A DNA stretch of 64,000 bases. Source: Candidatus Poribacteria bacterium. GTDB taxonomy: Bacteria > Poribacteria > WGA-4E > WGA-3G. Positions 40,886 to 50,949 of this stretch are shown here, piece by piece. The stretch spans positions 32,001-96,000 of the forward strand of contig CAXXUA010000005.1 in NCBI GenBank assembly GCA_963663765.2, written 5' to 3'. The notes beneath the pieces were generated by a model, which was given only the letters and a program-made list of their open reading frames with translations, was not told the DNA's origin and made no database searches. Position 1 is the first letter of the stretch. Each line of letters begins with the position of its first letter. Made by a program: the position numbers and the translations under genes.

Positions 40886-41347
40886 GTGAAAAATAAGAAA
40901 AAAACCCAGCAGAACCCTACTATTACTGTCAATAGAAAAGCTCGGTACGACTATCATTTGAGTGACCGCTATGAGGCAGGTATCGTTCTGCGGGGAACTG
41001 AAGTAAAAGCAATAAGAAATGGACAGTTCAACCTATCAGATAGTTATGCACAAATAACTGATGGAGAAGTGTTCCTTGTTGACGCGTTTATCGGTTTATA
41101 CAATCAAGGTAATCGCATGAATCACGAACCGAAACGTCCGAGAAAACTCTTGTTGCATCGTACCGAAATACACAAACTTGAACGATCTGTCAGAAATAAG
41201 GGTATGACACTAATTCCAACCCGTGCTTACTTCAACAGTGGTAAGGTCAAGGTGGAAATAGCAGTCGCACAAGGTAAACGTGAATACGATAAACGCGATA
41301 AAATTGATCGCGAACACGCAAACCGAGAAATCCGTTCCTATACATAA
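40886..41347 (+). CDS. smpB: SsrA-binding protein
   Basis: NRKARYDY, EAGIVLRGTEVK, RKLLLHR, GKREYDKR. Confidence 0.98.
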   Translation: MKNKKKTQQNPTITVNRKARYDYHLSDRYEAGIVLRGTEVKAIRNGQFNLSDSYAQITDGEVFLVDAFIGLYNQGNRMNHEPKRPRKLLLHRTEIHKLERSVRNKGMTLIPTRAYFNSGKVKVEIAVAQGKREYDKRDKIDREHANREIRSYT

Positions 41348-41366
41348 TGACTTACAATAATAATGT

Positions 41367-41718
41367 GGGGGTGAATTTTGGTTTCGACGGAGGTAATTGC
41401 GATACAGGTTGCATGTCGAGGTCTCCGCAGGCCTCGTAAAATAGGCGGAACCATTTTAATTGCTGATCAAGAATTAGCACTAGCTGCTTAATACAGCTAC
41501 ACTTGGCTGACCTGTTTCCCGTCAGGGATGCTAAAGTGCCGCAATACGGGATAGCGGTTCGTTCCCTCTCAAGGAACACTCCGTGAAACTCTACTTGAGA
41601 TAGCCATTTACGGCTCCCGCACAGGGGTGCCTGAAGGGTGATACTCAAACCTGTGATAAGCATGTAGTAGCCTTTATCAATATGCTTTCGGACGCGGGTT
41701 CGATTCCCGCCACCTCCA
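41367..41718 (+). ncRNA. ssrA: tmRNA; tag peptide (A)ADQELALAA
   Basis: 5' GGGGGTGAA...TTCGAC; 3' GACGCGGGTTCGATTCCCGCCACCTCCA; tag ORF 41462-41491; directly follows smpB. Confidence 0.96.
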
Positions 41719-41791
41719 TCACTACATAGAATAATATGTCAATTTGAACGTGTAAGTTATTGGCATATATTCTGTGTATAGTTATTTTCAC

Positions 41792-41985
41792 TTGTCTAAA
41801 CCAAGATATACAAAATTATTACATTAACAACACACCGGTATGTATAAGGTGAATACCATACGCGCATTCATCCAATAGAATTCACCGAGATAAGAGATAA
41901 AAGCAGTTGTGTGTGAAATTGCCAAGAAACACCTCATAGGACAATCTTGGTAATCTGATAAACCTGAAAATCCTGGTTCAGACAA
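41792..41985. mobile_element. MITE-like family B, diverged copy
   Basis: TTGTCTAAACCAAGAT...ATCCTGGTTCAGACAA ends. Confidence 0.55.
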
Positions 41986-42059
41986 AATACTTCACAGACC
42001 CATTGTCGTCATAATTCTTGATAAGACCATGAAGTTTGTGCAGGTCATGTTATATATAA

Positions 42060-42181
42060 CTGGACCTACGCAGTTTTCTTGATTTAATCAAGAAATATGA
42101 TGTAAATGATGTAATTATCAGCATTTCTATAAGTTTCCAGCGCGCTTACAAAGCACGCCTACCGTTTTTGCGTAAGTCCTG
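42060..42181. mobile_element. MITE family A, copy 7
   Basis: Degenerate left TIR CTGGACCTACGCA and intact right TIR; no clean TSD. Confidence 0.85.
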
Positions 42182-42277
42182 ATAGAAAAAACTATCCTTA
42201 ATATAACATGGGACTCTACATCAGAAAGACAAAATGCACAAGTTTTCAGATATTCGGTTATCAGGGGTGTTCCGACA

Positions 42278-42658
42278 ATGGCAAATTTTGAAAATCTACC
42301 AACGCAAATCAAAAAAATTGCAGCACCAATACTTCAGCAACATGAGAATATACACCAATGCTTCCTCGCGGGTTCTTCGTTAATAAGTCTTGATTATGTA
42401 TGGATCACGTCAAAACGCGTCATCGTATTTGATGAAAAGTTTATGGGACATCTTGCTATCACATCCGCAAATATCAGTTGTAATGTCTTATTTGAAGATA
42501 TCCGTACTGTCACACTTGTTCGATGCTTAAAACACCGTCTTTTGGGACAGGCTCGAATAGAAATACATGCCAAACGCTACATATACGGTATTGATAACAT
42601 GAACTATAACGAGGCAAAACTAGCACATCAACTAATTACAGAACATATACGGAGTTAA
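42278..42658 (+). CDS. Bacterial PH-domain-like protein
   Basis: VWITSKRVIV strand, FEDI motif, C-terminal helix. Confidence 0.6.
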   Translation: MANFENLPTQIKKIAAPILQQHENIHQCFLAGSSLISLDYVWITSKRVIVFDEKFMGHLAITSANISCNVLFEDIRTVTLVRCLKHRLLGQARIEIHAKRYIYGIDNMNYNEAKLAHQLITEHIRS

Positions 42659-42662
42659 TATT

Positions 42663-43409
42663 ATGCGCGAGTTTTGGGAATATCTTTCTGTTGCATACAA
42701 CGCATGGTTTACGGCGCCACTTGCAGTCGTCTTTCTATTCGCAATTTTTAGACTCATCCTCGGAGGTCTGGATTTTGGTGATGCCGATGTCGACGCTGAC
42801 GTAGATGCCGATGTCGATTTTGACGTAGATGCTGATGTTGACATTGACGTTGATGTTGATGTTGACGCCGACTTGGATGTTGATACAGATATCGATGCAG
42901 ACTCTGAATTAACTACGACTTCTGGGGCAAGTGGGAATGTCCTTGCAGACACTTTAGGTTTTCTGAACATCGGAAGAGTACCCTTTATGATTGTCGTGAT
43001 GACACTCTTCACAATTTGGGGGTTCACAGGTTTAGTCGTTAATGAAATCCTGAATGTCAAGGCCGCACCAAGTCCATTTTTTTGGATATCCTGTTCAGCT
43101 GCACTCGTATGTAGTATTTTAGGTACACGCTATCTATCCCTTGCACTCTCAAAGATTTTTCCTGAAAGTGACCCCGCTACAAGAGACCTTCACCTGCTTG
43201 GATTAAGAGGAAGAGTTATTAGCGGGCAAATAACTGAAACATTTGGTACAGCACGTGTACAAGTACCAGATGGCGATACATTAACTGTGACATGCCGTAA
43301 AATAAATGATGAACCGAACCCTGTAAAGGGTGATATTGTAATTCTTGTAAACTATGACCCCGAAAAACGCATTTTTGATGTAATACCTGTGGATGCGGAC
43401 TTGGAATAG
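42663..43409 (+). CDS. YqiJ/NfeD-like membrane protein with Asp-X repeat
   Basis: FLNIGRVPFMI motif; C-terminal OB-like domain; precedes flotillin. Confidence 0.85.
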   Translation: MREFWEYLSVAYNAWFTAPLAVVFLFAIFRLILGGLDFGDADVDADVDADVDFDVDADVDIDVDVDVDADLDVDTDIDADSELTTTSGASGNVLADTLGFLNIGRVPFMIVVMTLFTIWGFTGLVVNEILNVKAAPSPFFWISCSAALVCSILGTRYLSLALSKIFPESDPATRDLHLLGLRGRVISGQITETFGTARVQVPDGDTLTVTCRKINDEPNPVKGDIVILVNYDPEKRIFDVIPVDADLE

Positions 43410-43457
43410 ACCGTAAAATCCATCACAAATCGACACTACTATCAAGGAGATAAAAAC

Positions 43458-45317
43458 ATGGGAAACCCTTTTGTGCTTATTGTCGGCAGTCTTATTGCCT
43501 TATTCGTTATTTTCGTACTTATATACAAATCGTTCTACAAAAAAGCCCCAGCTGATGCTGCATTAGTGATCGCAGGCGGAAGTAAGAAACGTGTCGTATT
43601 TGGTGGAACCCTCGTTAACCCAATTACAAACACCACACAGATCATTTCCTTAAATACATTGCAACTCCCTGTTGAACGTGAAGGACAAGCAGCTCTGATT
43701 ACTAAGGACAGTCTGCGTGTTGATATACAGGCAGAGTTCTATGTCAAAATTGAACCGAATGAACAAGACGTACTAAAAGCTGTAGCCAGTCTTGGAGAAA
43801 AAACCTTAACGCCACAAGCGGTAAATACGCTACTGGAAGGTAAACTAGTCGGTGTTCTAAGAAGCGTCGCTGCGACTATGGACTTGCAGGAACTGCACGA
43901 AAAACGCCAGGAATTTTCTGACCAAGTTCAGGAGGCTTGCCTTGAAGACCTTGAACAGAACGGCTTTAAACTCGAAACCGTGGCTATTACAAACCTTGAC
44001 CAAACACCTCTTGAGGCTCTTGATGAAAACAACCGATTTGATGTCGTTGCAATTCAGACCATCAAGAAGGAAGTAGAAGAAAGGCAAACTGAAACCGCAA
44101 AGATCGAGCATGAAAACAAGGTCAGACGTGAAGAAGATCGTCTCATTGCGGAACTCGAAATTAAGCAAAAGGAGGAGGAAACAGAAACAAAGGCTTTAGA
44201 AGTTGAACAACGCCTTGAATTCGCACAAGAAGAGCAGCGCAAGGAAATCGCTACGAACAAGGCTGAACAGGAACGCGCTGTTGAAGCACATAAGTTTGAG
44301 CAACTACAAGCAGTTGAGGAAGCACGCATAAAACAAGAACAAGCTGTAAAATCCGCCGAAATCTCACAAACTCAAAAAATTGAGATGGAACGTATTGAAC
44401 AAGAAAAACTGGTTGAAGAAAGCGAAATCTCACAAAAACAGGCAGTCGAAGTTGCCCGCGTGCAACAAGAACAAATGGTTGAAGAGGCAGAAATTCAGCG
44501 AAACCTCAGTATCGAAAAAGCAAAAATTGACCAAGAAGCATCTGTCAAAGAGACTGACATTGAACGCAAAATTATTCTGTTAGACAAAGAACGTGAAGAA
44601 AAAGAAGCAGAAGCTCAAAACGCAATTCTTATTTCATTGAAAGAAAAAGAACGCGAACAAGCACTCATTGAACTCTTGGAAATTTCAGCTGAAAAAGCAC
44701 GATCTGAAGCTGCCGTTGAAACCGCTGAAGCAATTGAAAAGGCTGAACGCGAAAGTAAAGTAGAACTAATTCGTGCTGAACAAGAAGCAGACGAGGAAAG
44801 AATCGCTAAAGAGAAAAATGCCGACGCTGAAGTATACACTATCGTCGAAACAGCAAAGGCAGAACTTGAAGCTGCCAAAGTCAAATCCGAAGCAACAATA
44901 GTTCTCGCTGAAGCACTCCTTGTTGAAGCTCAAGCAGAAGCCGAGGGTGAAGAAGCATTAATTTCAGCAAAAAATCAGGCTGAACCCAATGTGCTCGTGA
45001 GTGAGGCAGTACATGCACTCGTAGAAGCCTTACCCCAAGTTACCAATGAACTCATGAAACCTGCAGAACGCATAGAAAGCATTCGCGTACTTGATTTAGG
45101 TGGAAGTGGCAATGGTAATTCCGGTGGGATGAACCGCATACTCAGTTCTATCATCAACGCCGGCGCAGCAATGCCACTCCTTAAGGAACTGGTAAACTTC
45201 AGCGATATTGATACAGCAAAAATCGGTAGTACAATTTCCGACTATGCTAAAGGTCTTACACAGAACAATGTTTCCGATTCAAATACTGAACCTGAACCTG
45301 ATCCTGCTTCTGAATAG
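43458..45317 (+). CDS. Flotillin/SPFH family protein (YqiK-like)
   Basis: LITKDSLRVD, LRSVAATM.L.ELHEKR, long AE-rich coiled coil, KPAERIESIR. Confidence 0.92.
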   Translation: MGNPFVLIVGSLIALFVIFVLIYKSFYKKAPADAALVIAGGSKKRVVFGGTLVNPITNTTQIISLNTLQLPVEREGQAALITKDSLRVDIQAEFYVKIEPNEQDVLKAVASLGEKTLTPQAVNTLLEGKLVGVLRSVAATMDLQELHEKRQEFSDQVQEACLEDLEQNGFKLETVAITNLDQTPLEALDENNRFDVVAIQTIKKEVEERQTETAKIEHENKVRREEDRLIAELEIKQKEEETETKALEVEQRLEFAQEEQRKEIATNKAEQERAVEAHKFEQLQAVEEARIKQEQAVKSAEISQTQKIEMERIEQEKLVEESEISQKQAVEVARVQQEQMVEEAEIQRNLSIEKAKIDQEASVKETDIERKIILLDKEREEKEAEAQNAILISLKEKEREQALIELLEISAEKARSEAAVETAEAIEKAERESKVELIRAEQEADEERIAKEKNADAEVYTIVETAKAELEAAKVKSEATIVLAEALLVEAQAEAEGEEALISAKNQAEPNVLVSEAVHALVEALPQVTNELMKPAERIESIRVLDLGGSGNGNSGGMNRILSSIINAGAAMPLLKELVNFSDIDTAKIGSTISDYAKGLTQNNVSDSNTEPEPDPASE

Positions 45318-45400
45318 ATTCGCAACACTCAAGCAATCTGGCTACTAACGTTACTGTATTTGTTGTAACACACTGTTATTCATTATACCTATTTGGTCGC

Positions 45401-45448
45401 ATAGGGTATCTTCGTCCCAGAACATACGCCATCACGAAGATACCCTAT
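45401..45448. repeat. 15-bp inverted repeat (hairpin, terminator or REP-like)
   Basis: ATAGGGTATCTTCGT ... ACGAAGATACCCTAT. Confidence 0.7.
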
Positions 45449-45557
45449 TATACATTTATCAGGCTATAATATGGCAACCATCGCAATCCGATACAACACA
45501 CGAATTTATATCTCTTAAAAACATTATAAATTTGATTGAAAAGGAGAGTTATCTATC

Positions 45558-46052
45558 ATGGTCGAAGTAAATATTGAATTTCTAACTATTGACCGGAGCA
45601 CACGCACACCAGTCGTCGTCTTAAAAGAAAAAGAAGGTGAATCCAAAAGGATTCTGTTGATTTGGATCGACGAACCGGAAGCAAGCGCAATCGAGACAAA
45701 ACTCAGGGATATTACTCCACAACGTCCAATGACACATGACCTGCTCAGAAATGTCATTGAAACAATCTCTGCTACCGTCAAATCTGTCTGTATCACGGCA
45801 ATTGAAAAGACAACATTTTTCGCTGAAGTGGAACTTGAACTAAATGGACATAAACACAATATTGATTCGCGTCCGAGTGATGCCCTTGCACTCGCTTTGC
45901 GTTGTGAAGCACCTATTTATGTAGAAGAAAAAGTCATTGACGAAAACGGATTCCTTGAAGCAGATATAAAAAAAGAGGAACCAACACAACGCGACGCAAA
46001 AGACGTATTAGAAAACATGGATGATGATATCGTAAAGAATTACACCGTTTAA
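45558..46052 (+). CDS. Bifunctional nuclease family (DUF151)
   Basis: RPMTHDLL, IDSRPSDALALALR. Confidence 0.92.
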   Translation: MVEVNIEFLTIDRSTRTPVVVLKEKEGESKRILLIWIDEPEASAIETKLRDITPQRPMTHDLLRNVIETISATVKSVCITAIEKTTFFAEVELELNGHKHNIDSRPSDALALALRCEAPIYVEEKVIDENGFLEADIKKEEPTQRDAKDVLENMDDDIVKNYTV

Positions 46053-46141
46053 CCAAAAACGCAACATCAATAGTTCAAAATATACAATTCTCACAGTTAG
46101 CTTTACTTAGAACAACTTTTCAGCAGAAACATAGATTTATC

Positions 46142-47047
46142 ATGTCAAACTCATTCAGCAAAAACTTCATAGTACTACATGAAGATTGTACAACAGCGTT
46201 GGATGCCAAGCATTTTATATCAAAAATAGACCTATCCTTTCTCGATCCGCCGTTCAATCAAGATAAAGTTTACAGTCAATGGAATGACAACTTACCACCA
46301 GAAAAATACTGGGAATGGATGCAGGAGATATGCTCAAATATTTACACTTTAACTTCCGACGGTGGTGCTATCTATTTCATGCAACGCGAAAAAAACACTG
46401 AATTCGTTTTGCAGTGCTTACGCGATAGTGGGTGGACTTTTCAAAATCTGATTGTCTGGAAAAAGAAAACATCAGCAGTTCCAGGAATGAAACGATTCGG
46501 CAAACACTATCAGATAATCGGTTATGCTACAAAGGGCAAAACACCACGCGTTTTCAATCGATTACGTATTGATCCACCGCTGCCAGCAAATTACAAATAT
46601 GTCCGTGAAAACGGAATGTTCGTCACTGACGTATGGGATGATATTCGGGAATTAACCTCCGGATACTTTGCTGGTGATGAAGCGTTACGCGATGCAGAAG
46701 GGAATCGCTTACACAAACAGCAAACCCCTATCCAACTCCTCCTTCGGATTATCCTTTCCTCCACAAATCCTGGTGATGTCGTACTCGACCCGTTTGCTGG
46801 CTCAGGTACAACATTAGTTGTGTCAAAACAGTTAGAACGAAAATCAATCGGTATTGAACTTGACAAGTTTAATGTAGAACTCATTCATAACAGATTTACC
46901 GAAAAGAGAGAATCAGATGATGTCCTCCGCTATTACAAGGATTACGCATGCACTCCAGATTTGGAAGCAATTTGGGAAAATAAACAATTAGTACCACATA
47001 ATCCAGACTTTTCTAAGCAGATGAAACTTTTTGAATCAAAGCAATAA
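46142..47047 (+). CDS. Beta-class N6/N4 DNA methyltransferase
   Basis: Motif IV DPPF precedes motif I DPFAGSG; DVWDD. Confidence 0.92.
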   Translation: MSNSFSKNFIVLHEDCTTALDAKHFISKIDLSFLDPPFNQDKVYSQWNDNLPPEKYWEWMQEICSNIYTLTSDGGAIYFMQREKNTEFVLQCLRDSGWTFQNLIVWKKKTSAVPGMKRFGKHYQIIGYATKGKTPRVFNRLRIDPPLPANYKYVRENGMFVTDVWDDIRELTSGYFAGDEALRDAEGNRLHKQQTPIQLLLRIILSSTNPGDVVLDPFAGSGTTLVVSKQLERKSIGIELDKFNVELIHNRFTEKRESDDVLRYYKDYACTPDLEAIWENKQLVPHNPDFSKQMKLFESKQ

Positions 47048-47892
47048 TGGCTCACTCAATCTACCACTTCTTTGCGGACTTGTGCCAGAAAAAAGAGGAA
47101 TTCCTCTCAGACAAAAAACTTGAGAGTTTCCCATTCGATAAGAAGATGCTTTCTTGTGTGAACAGTGGGAGATTTCCCGATTTAGCCATCAAACTTAGTC
47201 ACAGAAATTTCCAATTTACTGGTGGAGAATTAATTGAACTCAAAGATAGCAAAACCTATTCGGTTGCTTCTTTTAATTCGACGATTCCAACAGGTGAAAA
47301 GAATATTGAAAAGTTAATTCAAGGTAACAAGAATACTATCCGTACACAGATGCAAGAAGCAGGTAATGATATACTTTCTTTACCGACTCGCCAAGTTTTC
47401 TATCTGATTCGTGGGAGAAAACAAGCAAATATAAAAGTGTGCTTGACACACGGAAAATTTTTTGAGACAATCTCTGTTTCAAAACTTATTTCACAGTCTT
47501 TTTCTCAAGCCATGGAAGAACGTTTAAACGAACGAGGTGAATCCTTGTCAGCAGAAATGCGAGAAAAATTATTAGATCTATTCAGTGAACAACAAACCTT
47601 CAGTAAAGTGAGAAATGTAGATAACGCATCAGTAAAACTCCGTTTTCGTATTATGACTGAAGTTAAAGCTGGAGCAAACATTATAAATCCGCATCACTAT
47701 TCTCAAATTCTTGACAACACACTGAACTTTGCAGTACCGTGTCATGGTGAAACCGAGCAGAATCAACAACACAATAAAATGAAAATTGCCTTTGAAGAAA
47801 TGGGTTGTGTCAATTTATTTTCACTAATGGATGTTTTTAACCTCCAACACCATTTTAATGGAAATTTTCTCATTTTTCAGGTTAATCTATAA
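47047..47892 (+). CDS. Putative type II restriction endonuclease
   Basis: TAATG coupling to the MTase; FPDLA...IELKDS PD-(D/E)xK-like motif. Confidence 0.65.
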   Translation: MAHSIYHFFADLCQKKEEFLSDKKLESFPFDKKMLSCVNSGRFPDLAIKLSHRNFQFTGGELIELKDSKTYSVASFNSTIPTGEKNIEKLIQGNKNTIRTQMQEAGNDILSLPTRQVFYLIRGRKQANIKVCLTHGKFFETISVSKLISQSFSQAMEERLNERGESLSAEMREKLLDLFSEQQTFSKVRNVDNASVKLRFRIMTEVKAGANIINPHHYSQILDNTLNFAVPCHGETEQNQQHNKMKIAFEEMGCVNLFSLMDVFNLQHHFNGNFLIFQVNL

Positions 47893-47936
47893 TCCAGATT
47901 ATCAATCTAATAACTGCCACAAATGTTACATAATTT

Positions 47937-49094
47937 ATGACTTCAATGCAATTAACCTTTGATTTTTACCAACCCAAACGTTATTCTGCTGATATTCCAA
48001 TTGAAGTAGACGAGTATTGGACTGCAAAACAGCGCGCCGGACATTCCATCCACGAAATATCATATCGTGCCTGTTACAAACCGCAATTACCAGCTTACTT
48101 TATCAACAAGTATTGCAAAAAGGAATCTGTCGTTTATGACCCGTTTATGGGGCGCGGTACTACCTTAATAGAAGCACAACTACATGGACATCGTGCTATT
48201 GGAAACGACATAAACCCGCTGTCAATAATCCTTACATCTCCCCGTCTCAAACCGCCTACATTAGCAGAAATTGATAAGAGACTGTCTGAAGTTGACCTAT
48301 CGTTTGATGATAATATCGATCCAGACCTATTAGTGTTCTTCCATGAGGACACACTCAGAGAAATCTATGGATGGCGAACCTATTTCCAACAAGAAAAACT
48401 CGACAAGGTTGATGCTTGGTTACAGATGGTTGCATGCAGTCGACTCACCGGGCATTCTACTGGATTTTTCTCTGTTTTCACACTCCCACCGAATCTCGCA
48501 GCTTCAGTCAATTCACAACGCAAAATCAACGAAAAACGAAACCAAATTCCAGAATATCGCAACACAAAATCATTGATACTCAGAAAATCAAAACAGTTGT
48601 TGCGCCATGAGTTACCCACTCTTTTTTCGCGCGACGATGCTTTACTACTCACAGAGTCAGCAGACAACACAGAACAGATATCTGACGAATCGGTTGACTT
48701 GGTTGTCACTTCACCTCCGTTTCTTGATACTGTTGACTATGAACAAGACAACTGGCTGCGAATGTGGTTCTGCAATATAGAGATTGAAGCAGGTAAAATC
48801 TGGCAATTAAAATCTTTAGAGGATTGGGTTGAACGGATGACAGGCGTTTTTGTTGAACTGCATCGGGTATTAAAATCTACTGGAAAAATTGCTTTTGAGG
48901 TAGGAGAGGTTCGCAAAGGAACTGTTCTTTTAGAAAATGCTGTGGTTAAAGCATCTTTGGATGCAGGATTTCTCCCTGAGATGTTGATGATTAATGCACA
49001 AGGCTTCACAAAGACAGCGAATTGCTGGGGTGTTGCTAATAACAACAAAGGCACAAACAGCAATCGTATTGTTATCCTAAAGAAGGTTGCTTAG
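47937..49094 (+). CDS. Alpha-class (likely N4-cytosine) DNA methyltransferase
   Basis: Motif I DPFMGRG is N-terminal; motif IV TSPPF is C-terminal. Confidence 0.88.
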   Translation: MTSMQLTFDFYQPKRYSADIPIEVDEYWTAKQRAGHSIHEISYRACYKPQLPAYFINKYCKKESVVYDPFMGRGTTLIEAQLHGHRAIGNDINPLSIILTSPRLKPPTLAEIDKRLSEVDLSFDDNIDPDLLVFFHEDTLREIYGWRTYFQQEKLDKVDAWLQMVACSRLTGHSTGFFSVFTLPPNLAASVNSQRKINEKRNQIPEYRNTKSLILRKSKQLLRHELPTLFSRDDALLLTESADNTEQISDESVDLVVTSPPFLDTVDYEQDNWLRMWFCNIEIEAGKIWQLKSLEDWVERMTGVFVELHRVLKSTGKIAFEVGEVRKGTVLLENAVVKASLDAGFLPEMLMINAQGFTKTANCWGVANNNKGTNSNRIVILKKVA

Positions 49095-49108
49095 TATTGT
49101 AAGGAGGA

Positions 49109-50821
49109 ATGATTATGAAAAAACATCTATACAAAATATGGCTTCTAACGTTCTTTGTAATGGTATTCCAAATTTCTATTAGCATTAACGCATTTTCTAA
49201 AGACATAGAGTTCGACGAACTACCTAAAGCAATACAGAAAATCGCTTTGCGGGAAATTGGAGACGTGCCAATCGATGATATCGACAGAAACGAAGATGAT
49301 GGAGAGATTATTTATGATGTAGAAGCAGAAAACGATAGGATTAAAATTGAGTTAGAGATAGCATCTGATGGAACGCTTTTGCAGAGGGATATTACTGAGG
49401 AAATTTCTTTCTCTGAACTTCCCAAACCTGTCCAAGATACAGTTCGTCGTCACATAGGAACGTTGGAGATTGACGATATGGAACGGAAAACAGAACTCGG
49501 TGCAGTCGTATTTTACGATGTTGAAGCGGATGATATGGGAATAGAGATCGACCTTGAGATCGCACCTGATGGAACTTTGATAGATAAGGACCTGAGTGAT
49601 CCTATTGAGCTGAGGGTGGAGTTGGTAGCAAAATCTAAACTACCAACGCTTAAAGATATATCACCTTATCGGGAAGCACTCGTATTTTACGAGTACAGTC
49701 TACAGAAACGGATTGATGGAGAATTTAAAGGGAAAAAACTGCGGGTTGCACATTGGGCAATTTACGATAACCAGCCGCAAACAATTGGCAAAACTAAAAT
49801 TGGATCATCACAAACATTAGAACTATATCCTTACCAACAATTTGTTGAATTGGAAAGCATCTATACAAGTGATACACTTGCGTTAGACGCTGACGTCCCT
49901 CTCTATCACGATATTGGACAGAAGATTCATGAGAACCGTACTATTGATGACCGATTCGACTACGACTCCATTCTCTCCGAAAAAATGCCGGTATTCTGGA
50001 AACTCAAAAATCAACTGAAACTTATCGCATTGGGCGACTCGCGATGTGAATTGGGAATTCGAGCCGAAATGTTTTACCCAGAGGAAAATCGCAAAACCCC
50101 AGTAGCATACAACCTTTCAATTTCGGGCGGGTCATTGGAATTTCAAAAAGTTGTTGTTGATGAATATCTTGTGAAAATGCCTAACTTGGAATGGGTAGTA
50201 TATCAAATGTCACCGCGCGTCCTTAATAGATACTTTGGAAAGTCAGATGAAGTAGAATTGATGAAAAGCGATGGTTATAAATTCGATTTGCAGCATGCTG
50301 AAGGACTCTGGCGTAGTGCCGACACGGACAACAATAAAAAGACGGTAGCCGATATCGCTTCAATACCTTATGCTGGCGTATATTGGTGTGAACGCCCATG
50401 GGGATGGAAGTACAGAAATGATGTCTGGCAAAATCCTAAAACGGATGATGATTTTAAGGAACGGTGGGAAATCTCCGAAAAACGGTGGAACCGGTTGAAA
50501 GCAATGATCGCTTCATTAAAAGAACGTGATGTCCAAATGCTACTATATCTGCCTCCTTTTCACCCAATTATGCGTGGTGAACTTGTTGTGGATGATGACG
50601 GTACAACGCAGGAAGGATATCGGGAACTTGTTGATCGATTGAAAAAGTTAGAAAAACAGTATCCGAACTTCGTCTTCGTTGACTTCATGCAGAATGGAGA
50701 TCACGATTTTACTGCAGAGATGTTCAAAGACCTTGACCACATGAATGCGCTTGGGGCTACAAAGTTGACACAAAAACTTGAAAATATTAGACAACGTCAC
50801 ACAAAAAAACAGCGGAGATAA
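49109..50821 (+). CDS. Secreted protein: two PepSY-like repeats, unnamed beta domain, SGNH-like domain
   Basis: FDELPKAIQ / FSELPKPVQ repeats; LGDSR...DLDHMN catalytic-type motifs. Confidence 0.75.
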   Translation: MIMKKHLYKIWLLTFFVMVFQISISINAFSKDIEFDELPKAIQKIALREIGDVPIDDIDRNEDDGEIIYDVEAENDRIKIELEIASDGTLLQRDITEEISFSELPKPVQDTVRRHIGTLEIDDMERKTELGAVVFYDVEADDMGIEIDLEIAPDGTLIDKDLSDPIELRVELVAKSKLPTLKDISPYREALVFYEYSLQKRIDGEFKGKKLRVAHWAIYDNQPQTIGKTKIGSSQTLELYPYQQFVELESIYTSDTLALDADVPLYHDIGQKIHENRTIDDRFDYDSILSEKMPVFWKLKNQLKLIALGDSRCELGIRAEMFYPEENRKTPVAYNLSISGGSLEFQKVVVDEYLVKMPNLEWVVYQMSPRVLNRYFGKSDEVELMKSDGYKFDLQHAEGLWRSADTDNNKKTVADIASIPYAGVYWCERPWGWKYRNDVWQNPKTDDDFKERWEISEKRWNRLKAMIASLKERDVQMLLYLPPFHPIMRGELVVDDDGTTQEGYRELVDRLKKLEKQYPNFVFVDFMQNGDHDFTAEMFKDLDHMNALGATKLTQKLENIRQRHTKKQRR

Positions 50822-50949
50822 TGGAGGATGGATACTTTAGTAGATTTAAAATTATCTATACACTTCGACCAGTGAGGTTAGGAATCCTTGTCTACCGTGT
50901 GAGGTCGCTATCCGCTGAACGGAAAAGAAGACAATCAGGTTAATTTCGT

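Noticed and set aside
41352-41663. 103-aa minus-strand ORF
   Set aside because: Antisense to the tmRNA.
42632-43060. Ser/Thr-rich adhesin-like ORF
   Set aside because: Antisense shadow of the Asp-X tract.
41690-49100. Genomic island integrated at the tmRNA 3' end
   Set aside because: No integrase, and no duplicated tmRNA 3' end was spotted downstream by eye.
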